The translations under genes were made by a program, and so were the position numbers. From a virus (taxonomy: Duplodnaviria > Heunggongvirae > Uroviricota > Caudoviricetes), in the IMG/VR virus record IMGVR_UViG_3300029610_000240: a DNA stretch of 64,000 bases; one strand, written 5' to 3'. Positions 46,127 to 54,053 of this stretch are shown piece after piece (the stretch's first letter is position 1; each line of letters begins with the position of its first letter). Below the pieces are notes generated by a model. The model did no database searches. It saw only the letters and a list, made by a program, of their open reading frames with translations, and was not told the DNA's origin.

Positions 46127-49100
46127 GTGCAGAATGGATTTTTAGGAATAACTGTTAGTAGTGAACAGGTTGGTTGGGCAGTTACAAATCCCAAATATGA
46201 GTTAGAACGTGCATCTCGAAAAGATTTATGGGGTGTAAGGCTTTTTGATAAAGCAGAAACAGCGGAAGATCGAAGAATGTTCCGTACAAACAGACGATTA
46301 AATCAGAGAAAAAAGAACAGAATACATTATCTTAGAGATATTTTCCATGAGGAAGTAAATCAAAAAGATCCTAACTTTTTTCAGCAATTAGATGAAAGCA
46401 ATTTCTGTGAAGATGATCGTACTGTAGAGTTTAATTTTGATACTAATCTTTATAAGAATCAGTTTCCAACAGTGTATCATTTAAGAAAATATCTAATGGA
46501 AACAAAAGATAAACCAGATATTCGTCTGGTATACTTAGCTTTTTCAAAATTTATGAAAAATCGAGGACATTTCTTATACAAAGGAAATCTTGGAGAGGTT
46601 ATGGACTTTGAAAATTCCATGAAAGGCTTTTGTGAAAGTTTAGAGAAATTTAATATTGACTTCCCTACATTATCAGATGAACAGGTAAAAGAAGTCCGAG
46701 ATATCTTATGTGATCATAAAATTGCTAAAACTGTGAAAAAGAAAAACATCATTACTATTACAAAAGTAAAAAGTAAGACAGCAAAAGCATGGATTGGACT
46801 GTTTTGTGGTTGCAGCGTTCCTGTTAAAGTATTATTTCAGGATATCGATGAAGAAATTGTAACGGATCCAGAAAAAATCTCATTTGAAGATGCTTCTTAT
46901 GATGATTGTATTGCAAATATTGAAAAGGGTGTCGGTATTTATTATGAAGCTATTGTTTCTGCAAAGATGCTTTTTGACTGGTCTATCCTGAATGAAATTT
47001 TAGGTGACCATCAGTTATTAAGTGATGCAATGATCGCAGAATACAATAAGCATCATGATGATTTAAAGCGTTTACAGAAGATCATTAAAGGAACTGGCAG
47101 TAGAGAATTATATCAGGATATCTTTATTAATGATGTTTCTGGAAATTATGTATGCTACGTTGGTCATGCAAAAACAATGAGTAGTGCAGATCAGAAACAG
47201 TTTTATACATTTTTAAAAAATCGATTAAAAAATGTGAATGGTATTTCATCAGAAGATGCAGAATGGATTGATACAGAGATTAAAAACGGTACTTTACTAC
47301 CAAAACAGACAAAACGTGATAACAGTGTTATTCCGCATCAATTACAGTTAAGGGAATTTGAATTAATTCTTGATAACATGCAGGAAATGTATCCATTCTT
47401 AAAAGAAAACAGAGAAAAATTATTAAAAATCTTCAATTTCGTTATTCCTTATTATGTAGGTCCGCTAAAGGGCGTTGTAAGAAAAGGAGAGAGTACAAAC
47501 TGGATGGTGCCTAAAAAAGATGGTGTGATTCATCCATGGAATTTCGATGAAATGGTAGACAAAGAAGCGTCTGCGGAATGTTTTATTTCCCGAATGACAG
47601 GAAATTGTAGTTATTTATTTAATGAAAAAGTTCTTCCAAAGAATTCTCTTCTTTATGAGACATTTGAGGTATTAAATGAGCTAAATCCATTAAAGATCAA
47701 TGGAGAACCTATCAGCGTGGAATTAAAACAGAGAATTTATGAACAGCTTTTCTTGACAGGGAAAAAAGTTACAAAAAAATCTCTGACAAAATATCTTATC
47801 AAGAATGGCTATGACAAAGATATTGAATTATCAGGTATTGATAATGAATTTCACAGCAATCTAAAATCTCATATTGATTTTGAGGATTACGATAATCTAT
47901 CTGATGAAGAAGTTGAACAGATTATTCTTAGAATTACAGTATTTGAAGATAAGCAGCTGTTAAAAGATTATTTAAATCGCGAGTTTGTAAAGCTCTCTGA
48001 GGATGAGAGAAAACAGATTTGCTCATTATCTTATAAAGGATGGGGAAACTTATCAGAAATGCTATTAAACGGTATTACTGTAACAGATTCCAATGGTGTA
48101 GAAGTTTCTGTAATGGATATGCTGTGGAATACAAACTTAAATCTGATGCAGATCTTAAGTAAGAAATATGGATATAAAGCAGAAATCGAACATTACAATA
48201 AAGAACATGAAAAAACCATTTATAATCGTGAAGATTTGATGGATTATTTAAATATTCCACCGGCTCAGCGTAGGAAGGTAAATCAGCTGATTACGATAGT
48301 AAAATCTCTCAAAAAGACATATGGAGTTCCAAATAAGATTTTCTTCAAAATAAGCAGAGAACATCAGGATGATCCAAAGAGAACTTCATCCAGAAAAGAA
48401 CAGCTAAAATATTTATACAAATCCTTAAAATCAGAAGATGAAAAACATCTTATGAAAGAGCTTGATGAATTGAACGATCATGAATTATCCAATGATAAAG
48501 TTTATCTTTATTTTCTACAGAAAGGACGCTGCATTTATTCTGGCAAGAAATTAAATCTTTCAAGATTAAGAAAATCTAATTATCAGAATGATATTGACTA
48601 CATTTATCCATTATCTGCAGTAAATGATCGTTCTATGAATAATAAGGTATTAACGGGAATCCAGGAGAATCGAGCAGACAAGTATACCTATTTTCCAGTT
48701 GATTCAGAAATTCAGAAAAAAATGAAGGGATTTTGGATGGAACTGGTTCTGCAGGGATTTATGACAAAGGAGAAATACTTCCGATTATCCAGAGAAAATG
48801 ATTTTTCAAAGAGCGAACTTGTTAGCTTTATTGAACGTGAAATTTCAGATAATCAGCAAAGTGGAAGAATGATTGCTTCTGTATTACAGTATTATTTCCC
48901 TGAATCAAAGATTGTATTTGTAAAAGAAAAGCTGATTTCTTCCTTTAAGAGGGATTTCCATTTAATTAGTAGTTATGGTCACAATCATTTACAAGCTGCA
49001 AAAGATGCTTATATTACGATTGTAGTTGGAAATGTATATCATACAAAATTTACAATGGACCCAGCAATCTATTTTAAGAATCATAAGAGAAAAGATTATG

Positions 49101-50065
49101 ATCTGAACCGATTATTCTTAGAAAATATCAGCAGAGATGGACAGATTGCATGGGAAAGTGGTCCATATGGGTCAATTCAGACGGTTCGAAAAGAATATGC
49201 TCAAAACCATATTGCTGTTACAAAAAGAGTCGTGGAAGTAAAAGGCGGCTTATTTAAGCAGATGCCATTAAAAAAAGGACATGGCGAATATCCATTAAAA
49301 ACCAATGATCCTAGATTTGGCAATATCGCACAGTATGGAGGGTATACGAATGTCACAGGTTCCTATTTTGTATTAGTAGAATCAATGGAGAAAGGGAAAA
49401 AACGTATTTCTTTAGAATATGTTCCAGTATATCTTCATGAGCGTTTAGAGGATGATCCTGGACATAAACTGTTAAAAGAATATCTGGTTGATCACAGAAA
49501 ACTTAATCATCCAAAGATTTTACTTGCAAAAGTAAGAAAAAACTCATTACTTAAGATTGACGGTTTTTATTATCGTTTAAATGGTCGAAGTGGAAATGCT
49601 CTTATCCTTACAAATGCAGTGGAATTGATCATGGATGACTGGCAGACAAAAACAGCAAACAAGATTTCTGGATACATGAAACGCAGAGCTATTGATAAGA
49701 AAGCAAGGGTTTATCAAAATGAATTCCATATTCAGGAATTAGAACAGCTTTATGATTTTTATTTAGATAAATTAGAGAATGGTGTTTATAAAAATCGTAA
49801 GAATAATCAGGCTGAATTAATTCACAACGAAAAAGAACAGTTTATGGAACTCAAGACAGAAGATCAGTGTGTATTATTGACTGAGATTAAAAAGCTTTTT
49901 GTATGTTCTCCAATGCAGGCAGACCTTACATTGATTGGTGGCAGCAAACACACAGGAATGATTGCTATGTCAAGCAATGTTACAAAAGCAGATTTTGCAG
50001 TCATTGCGGAAGATCCTTTAGGACTTAGAAACAAAGTAATTTATTCTCATAAAGGTGAGAAGTAA
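46127..50065 (+). CDS. cas9: Cas9 homologue (type II-A-like size) with substituted RuvC and HNH catalytic residues
   Basis: GTG start 7 nt after AAGGAGGA. Conserved: bridge helix RRMFRTNRRLNQRKKNRIHYLRDIF, FPTVYHLRKYL, NRGHFLYKG, IPHQLQL, IPYYVGPL, PWNFDEMVDKEASAECFISRMT, YKGWGNLS. Catalytic columns: LGITVSSEQVGWAV (D10 is T), IFFKISREHQ (E762 is K), DIDYIYPLS (H840 is Y), QAAKDAYITIVVG (H983 is A, D986 kept). Confidence 0.9.
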   Translation: MQNGFLGITVSSEQVGWAVTNPKYELERASRKDLWGVRLFDKAETAEDRRMFRTNRRLNQRKKNRIHYLRDIFHEEVNQKDPNFFQQLDESNFCEDDRTVEFNFDTNLYKNQFPTVYHLRKYLMETKDKPDIRLVYLAFSKFMKNRGHFLYKGNLGEVMDFENSMKGFCESLEKFNIDFPTLSDEQVKEVRDILCDHKIAKTVKKKNIITITKVKSKTAKAWIGLFCGCSVPVKVLFQDIDEEIVTDPEKISFEDASYDDCIANIEKGVGIYYEAIVSAKMLFDWSILNEILGDHQLLSDAMIAEYNKHHDDLKRLQKIIKGTGSRELYQDIFINDVSGNYVCYVGHAKTMSSADQKQFYTFLKNRLKNVNGISSEDAEWIDTEIKNGTLLPKQTKRDNSVIPHQLQLREFELILDNMQEMYPFLKENREKLLKIFNFVIPYYVGPLKGVVRKGESTNWMVPKKDGVIHPWNFDEMVDKEASAECFISRMTGNCSYLFNEKVLPKNSLLYETFEVLNELNPLKINGEPISVELKQRIYEQLFLTGKKVTKKSLTKYLIKNGYDKDIELSGIDNEFHSNLKSHIDFEDYDNLSDEEVEQIILRITVFEDKQLLKDYLNREFVKLSEDERKQICSLSYKGWGNLSEMLLNGITVTDSNGVEVSVMDMLWNTNLNLMQILSKKYGYKAEIEHYNKEHEKTIYNREDLMDYLNIPPAQRRKVNQLITIVKSLKKTYGVPNKIFFKISREHQDDPKRTSSRKEQLKYLYKSLKSEDEKHLMKELDELNDHELSNDKVYLYFLQKGRCIYSGKKLNLSRLRKSNYQNDIDYIYPLSAVNDRSMNNKVLTGIQENRADKYTYFPVDSEIQKKMKGFWMELVLQGFMTKEKYFRLSRENDFSKSELVSFIEREISDNQQSGRMIASVLQYYFPESKIVFVKEKLISSFKRDFHLISSYGHNHLQAAKDAYITIVVGNVYHTKFTMDPAIYFKNHKRKDYDLNRLFLENISRDGQIAWESGPYGSIQTVRKEYAQNHIAVTKRVVEVKGGLFKQMPLKKGHGEYPLKTNDPRFGNIAQYGGYTNVTGSYFVLVESMEKGKKRISLEYVPVYLHERLEDDPGHKLLKEYLVDHRKLNHPKILLAKVRKNSLLKIDGFYYRLNGRSGNALILTNAVELIMDDWQTKTANKISGYMKRRAIDKKARVYQNEFHIQELEQLYDFYLDKLENGVYKNRKNNQAELIHNEKEQFMELKTEDQCVLLTEIKKLFVCSPMQADLTLIGGSKHTGMIAMSSNVTKADFAVIAEDPLGLRNKVIYSHKGEK

Positions 50066-50106
50066 GTTTTCATATTTGTTCGGAAAATTCATAATCATAT
50101 CGAACG

Positions 50107-50259
50107 GCTTTGGAACTGCGTAGAACATGATATGTCTTATGGCTAAAAGAATTACAGGTGCATATTTTGAACTGTGTAAAACATGGCATATGGGAGAATT
50201 GGCAACGACTGGAACAGAACACAGTTTTGAAACTGTATAAAACATGACATGTCTTATGG
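50107..50259 (+). CRISPR. guide module C mini-array (3 repeats), starting 42 nt after the cas9 stop
   Basis: Repeats at 50107..50142 (6 mismatches), 50164..50193 (30 nt, decayed) and 50224..50259 (GTTTTGAAACTGTATAAAACATGACATGTCTTATGG). Spacers: 21 nt CTAAAAGAATTACAGGTGCAT and 30 nt GAGAATTGGCAACGACTGGAACAGAACACA. Confidence 0.75.
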
Positions 50260-50336
50260 TTCAAATTATTTATACAGTACGTGAAAATAAGAAATTATCG
50301 AATAAACTCGTTTAGACGAGAACTGCTAGAGGCAGT
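50260..50336 (+). ncRNA. tracrRNA-like scaffold C
   Basis: Anti-repeat TTTATACAGTACGTGAAAAT gives a 10-bp perfect pairing with ACTGTATAAA. Nexus AAGAAATTATCGAAT. Hairpins CTCGT-TTAG-ACGAG and CTGC-TAGAG-GCAG (50323..50335). Confidence 0.8.
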
Positions 50337-50352
50337 AATTGCAGAAAATGTC

Positions 50353-50385
50353 ATGAACCCCAAGCGACTTCGTCGGCCGGGGGTT
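50353..50385 (+). terminator. GC-rich hairpin after module C
   Basis: AACCCC..CGAC-TTC-GTCG..GGGGTT nested stem followed by a short T run. Confidence 0.45.
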
Positions 50386-50448
50386 TACGCACCAATTTGA
50401 TAATATTTCTAATCATATATTACCTTATATGATTAATGGAGAAAATAG

Positions 50449-50595
50449 ATGTTTCAAGTAAAAAATAAAGAAACTGGGCAAGAATATACCGTATATGCTG
50501 TCGGGGATGAATATCTGACAAAATTTCTGATTTATGAAGATGGACATTGGAAATGGCAGACTATAGATGATTTTGTTCCAGTGATTGTAGATTAA
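50449..50595 (+). CDS. 48-aa hypothetical protein
   Basis: ATG behind GGAGAAAATAG. Product MFQVKNKETGQEYTVYAVGDEYLTKFLIYEDGHWKWQTIDDFVPVIVD. Below the ORF-track cut-off. Confidence 0.4.
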   Translation: MFQVKNKETGQEYTVYAVGDEYLTKFLIYEDGHWKWQTIDDFVPVIVD

Positions 50596-50612
50596 GAAAG
50601 CGAGAAATTCAC

Positions 50613-50957
50613 ATGAAGATTACAAGAACGATTAAATTTAAAGAATATATCCTCGGATATTTAGAAAAATTAGAGGTTCATGAAGTTCGACGCATTGAAA
50701 AAGCCGGACGATTAAGCCGTGACATTATCAAAGAGGAATCTGAAAAATGCGGACACAAATTAATGATTCTTGATACGATTGAAAAAGAAAGACGTTATGA
50801 ATGTTCATTAGAAGATTTCTTATCCGTTGCAAGAGAGATTCCACTAAAAAATCAGGAGACTGTTAATACAGAAGAAAAAAATGTTCAGGAAGATAATTCA
50901 GAGGATTCTAAGTCTAAGTTAGGCGATTCTGACTGTGCCCCTTGGATTGAAGATTAA
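50613..50957 (+). CDS. hypothetical protein
   Basis: 114-aa ORF lying between guide modules C and D. Confidence 0.5.
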   Translation: MKITRTIKFKEYILGYLEKLEVHEVRRIEKAGRLSRDIIKEESEKCGHKLMILDTIEKERRYECSLEDFLSVAREIPLKNQETVNTEEKNVQEDNSEDSKSKLGDSDCAPWIED

Positions 50958-50961
50958 TGTT

Positions 50962-51117
50962 ATTTTGAGAAATGATTGCAAATGTGATCGTAGCGTACCT
51001 TACTTCACAGCTTAGTTTTGGAACTATGTAAAATCAAATGATTGCAAATGGGCAGAGAGAAAATTTGAAAAATTGTCTGTGTTTTGGAACTATGTAAAAT
51101 CAAATGATTGCAAATGG
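50962..51117 (+). CRISPR. guide module D mini-array (3 repeats)
   Basis: Repeats at 50962..50985 (internally deleted), 51015..51051 and 51081..51117 (GTTTTGGAACTATGTAAAATCAAATGATTGCAAATGG). Spacers: GATCGTAGCGTACCTTACTTCACAGCTTA and GCAGAGAGAAAATTTGAAAAATTGTCTGT. Confidence 0.8.
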
Positions 51118-51193
51118 TCAAAGTAATTGCATGGCGTGTAAAAATAAGAATTTATCGAAATAATTTGCTCCGGCGAAATCTGCAAGATGCAGA
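51118..51193 (+). ncRNA. tracrRNA-like scaffold D
   Basis: TCAAAGTAA linker. Anti-repeat TTGCATGGCGTGTAAAAAT pairs with CTATGTAA through two G:U. Nexus AAGAATTTATCGAAAT. Hairpins TTTGC-TCCG-GCGAA and TCTGC-AAGA-TGCAGA. Confidence 0.75.
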
Positions 51194-51197
51194 AATC

Positions 51198-51265
51198 AAG
51201 CTGATCGATGCTTTACATATTTATCTATTTCAATATTTCTTCAACCATATACATTGATCAGCTTT
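51198..51265 (+). terminator. long-loop inverted repeat with AGCTGATC core (possible terminator)
   Basis: AAGCTGATCGATG pairs with CATTGATCAGCTT (13 bp, one G:U) around a 42-nt loop. A related element lies at 54054..54131. Confidence 0.4.
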
Positions 51266-51290
51266 AATAAAAAGAATTAAAATTACGAAA

Positions 51291-51445
51291 ATAAAATTGA
51301 ATGATTCCAATGGATAGTCGAAAAAGAATTGGATAGTCGACGGGTTTTAGAATAGTGTAAAATTGAATGATTCTAAGGGTTAGATACTCCACTAGATAGC
51401 AAAGTACTTGTTTTAGAATAGTGTAAAATTAAATGATTCTAAGGG
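51291..51445 (+). CRISPR. guide module E mini-array (3 repeats)
   Basis: Repeats at 51292..51313 (3' half only), 51344..51379 (GTTTTAGAATAGTGTAAAATTGAATGATTCTAAGGG) and 51410..51445. Spacers: ATAGTCGAAAAAGAATTGGATAGTCGACGG and TTAGATACTCCACTAGATAGCAAAGTACTT. Confidence 0.8.
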
Positions 51446-51528
51446 GTCAAATAGATTCTATACAATGCGTGAAAATAAGAAACTTATCGAACAAACCTGT
51501 GTAGGAAACAGGAACTGCCGAGGGCAGT
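51446..51528 (+). ncRNA. tracrRNA-like scaffold E
   Basis: GTCAAATAGAT linker, anti-repeat TCTATACAATGCGTGAAAAT, nexus AAGAAACTTATCGAAC. Hairpins CCTGT-GTAGGAA-ACAGG and CTGCC-GAG-GGCAG (51515..51527). Confidence 0.75.
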
Positions 51529-51823
51529 AAAAATAAAAAGCATATTTTTATTATGTTTTATTTTATGATGAAGAGGTGGATGATGGTTCTATCTCTGTTT
51601 TTGAGAAAATGGATGCATTGCAAAATGCAACAATCTTAGAAGTACAAATACATATTGATGACTTAAAAGATAAATTGGAAGAAGTAAAATTTACTCTTAA
51701 AATATCAGGTTTGTATTTGAAGAAGATAATTTTATGGATTCTTATTATAAATCTTATACGTTACCGATTGTATATCACAAAAACTATTTATTAAGTATTA
51801 ACAATGATAAGGAATAACAATAA

Positions 51824-53755
51824 ATGGAAATAGATTACAGAAAAGAATTAAATAAGAGTCAATATGAAGCTGTTACAACGACAGAAGGACCAGTCCTAAT
51901 CCTTGCCGGTGCCGGAACTGGCAAAACTCGTTGTATGGTATATCGTGTGGCATATCTGATTGAAAAAGGCGTGTCACCCAATAATATCTTATTATTGACC
52001 TTTACAAATAAAGCAGCAAATGAAATGAAGCAAAGGGCAGCAGATATGCTTGATGAACGATGTAGTCAAATTACTGCATGTACATATCATTCATTCTGTG
52101 CAAAGATGCTTCGCAAATATTCACAACTGATTGGAATTCAATCAGATTATACAATTATTGATCCGGGAGATTGTGCAGATATCATATCGATCATCGAAAC
52201 AGAACACGGTATGGATAAAGTAAAAGATTTTCCAAGATCATCTCAACTGGTATCAGCACATAGCAAAGCCTTAAATACGAATCAGTCATTAGAGGATACT
52301 TTGTTTGATATGCTCGGTAAATGGAAGTATATGGAAATCGAAAGATTCATTCCAGATATAAAGAAAATCTTAGCGGATTATCAATCATACAAAAAACAAA
52401 ACAACATGATGGATTATGATGATTTGCTAATCAATTTTATATCTGTATTGAAAAGAAACCCTTCTATAAAGAATAAATTAGCTGATATTTATCAGTATAT
52501 TATGATCGACGAATATCAGGATTCTAATTATTTACAGGAAAAGATTATTTTTATGTTACGTGAAAAGAATCGTAACTTAGCAGTGGTAGGTGATGATTAC
52601 CAATGCATCTATGGATTTAGAGGAAGTATGGTAGAAAATATCATTAATTTTCCACAAAAGATGTCCGGATGTAAAGTTGTTTACTTAACACAGAATTATC
52701 GCAGCAATCAAGAGATCATGGATTTATCCAATATTGTTATGAAAAAACATTCACTGGAAGGTTTTTTTAAAAAGCTTGTCGCAACTCATGTGGCCAATAT
52801 TCAGCCATTGCTAGTTCGATCAGAGGACGAGGGCGAAGAAGCTTCTTATATTTTAAATAAGATTATGGCATTACATGATGAAGAAGAGATTCCGTATCAT
52901 GAAATTTGTGTTCTTGAAAGAAGTTCTTATCATTCTGTAAGACTAGAAGCACTTTTAAATAAAATGAAAATCCCATATGACAAATATGGTGGAATGAAGT
53001 TTTTTGATTATGATCATATCAAAAACTTCTTATGCTTTTTGCGATGTCAGATAAATCCACATGATGAAATTGCGTGGTTTCGACTATTAAAGTTATTTGA
53101 TGGTATTGGAAATGTTTATGCCAGAAATATCGCAGCAACATGTAAAACTCTTGGATTAGAGGGACTTGTTCAACACAAATACATAAAAAGAAAATTTCAG
53201 CCGGATCTTGAAAATTTAAAGAGTTTTATTGAAAAGCTTAATGATCAAGATTTTCAGATCGAATTGCAAAGCATTAAATCATTTTATTCACGTTTAATGG
53301 ACATTACATTAATGCTGATGAAAACATCGGAGAAGAAACGTAGGGAGCTTGCTAGAGCAAATAAACAAGCGGTCCGCGATTTTGATACACTGATTGAAAT
53401 GGCAGATGGATATGATTCTCCAGTGACATTTCTGGAAGAAATAATGCTTGAAGCCAGTCCTCAGAAAGAGGAAGAGGAAGATCGAATGGTTATATCTACA
53501 ATTCATTCCGCAAAAGGCTTAGAGTTTCACTCTGTTTTTGTTATGAACTGCGTAGATACAATGTTTCCATCTACAGATAAAGATCAGATTGGAACAGTAG
53601 AAGATAACGAAGAGTTGAGATGCTTCTATGTGGCAATAACACGGGCAAAAGAACGATTATTTTTAATGGCACCGAAATATATAGCCAAATTTGGATGTGT
53701 TGAAGAGGGAATTATCTCCCATTTTATTAGTGATGTTTTTCAAGTAAAGGAGTAA
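51824..53755 (+). CDS. UvrD/PcrA-type SF1 DNA helicase
   Basis: Walker A AGAGTGKT, motif II IMIDEYQDSN, QNYRSNQEI, late STIHSAKGLEF and FYVAITRAKERL. Confidence 0.85.
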   Translation: MEIDYRKELNKSQYEAVTTTEGPVLILAGAGTGKTRCMVYRVAYLIEKGVSPNNILLLTFTNKAANEMKQRAADMLDERCSQITACTYHSFCAKMLRKYSQLIGIQSDYTIIDPGDCADIISIIETEHGMDKVKDFPRSSQLVSAHSKALNTNQSLEDTLFDMLGKWKYMEIERFIPDIKKILADYQSYKKQNNMMDYDDLLINFISVLKRNPSIKNKLADIYQYIMIDEYQDSNYLQEKIIFMLREKNRNLAVVGDDYQCIYGFRGSMVENIINFPQKMSGCKVVYLTQNYRSNQEIMDLSNIVMKKHSLEGFFKKLVATHVANIQPLLVRSEDEGEEASYILNKIMALHDEEEIPYHEICVLERSSYHSVRLEALLNKMKIPYDKYGGMKFFDYDHIKNFLCFLRCQINPHDEIAWFRLLKLFDGIGNVYARNIAATCKTLGLEGLVQHKYIKRKFQPDLENLKSFIEKLNDQDFQIELQSIKSFYSRLMDITLMLMKTSEKKRRELARANKQAVRDFDTLIEMADGYDSPVTFLEEIMLEASPQKEEEEDRMVISTIHSAKGLEFHSVFVMNCVDTMFPSTDKDQIGTVEDNEELRCFYVAITRAKERLFLMAPKYIAKFGCVEEGIISHFISDVFQVKE

Positions 53756-53791
53756 TTTATAGTGAAATGCTTAAATTATGTTGTCAATGTG

Positions 53792-53965
53792 GATTTGAAT
53801 CCATGTAAAAATGTAAAGCAAATGATTCCAAATGGCAATCTTCTCGAATTGTCGTGTAGGCAAAGTTTTGAAACCATGTAAAAAAATGATTCCAAATGGG
53901 TATGCATTGGTGTTTGAAGCGTTTGTGTGTTTTGGAACCATGTAAAAGCAAATGATTCCAAATGG
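53792..53965 (+). CRISPR. guide module F mini-array (3 repeats)
   Basis: Repeats at 53792..53835 (internal duplication), 53865..53899 (2-nt deletion) and 53929..53965 (GTTTTGGAACCATGTAAAAGCAAATGATTCCAAATGG). Spacers: CAATCTTCTCGAATTGTCGTGTAGGCAAA and GTATGCATTGGTGTTTGAAGCGTTTGTGT. Confidence 0.8.
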
Positions 53966-54043
53966 TTAAAAGCAGATTACATGGTGTGTCAAAATAAGAA
54001 CTTATCGAATAGATCTATATAAATGGAATCTGCCAGGTGGCAG
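53966..54043 (+). ncRNA. tracrRNA-like scaffold F
   Basis: Anti-repeat TTACATGGTGTGTCAAAAT gives a 9-bp perfect pairing with ACCATGTAA. Nexus AAGAACTTATCGAAT. Hairpin 2 CTGCC-AGGT-GGCAG (54030..54043). Hairpin 1 is weak and resembles that of scaffold A. Confidence 0.75.
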
Positions 54044-54053
54044 AAAAAAACTG

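Noticed and set aside
50018-50264. Minus-strand ORFs 50018..50245 and 50070..50264 over module C; similar ones at 53776..53961 and 57296..57529
   Set aside because: They overlie repeat/spacer arrays or AT-rich non-coding DNA and lack RBS and coding features.
51576-51794. 72-aa ORF between module E and the helicase gene
   Set aside because: Non-ATG start, no clear RBS, and an implausible Leu/Ile/Tyr-rich tail from AT-rich sequence. Probably non-coding.
52197-52210. 10-nt match (AACAGAACAC) between the scaffold-proximal spacer of module C and the helicase coding region; also a 9-nt AACGACTGG match at about 7580
   Set aside because: Matches this short are expected by chance across about 128 kb of two-strand sequence and 15 spacers. 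Neither sits at a promoter. I found no convincing self-target by eye, but this needs a real search.
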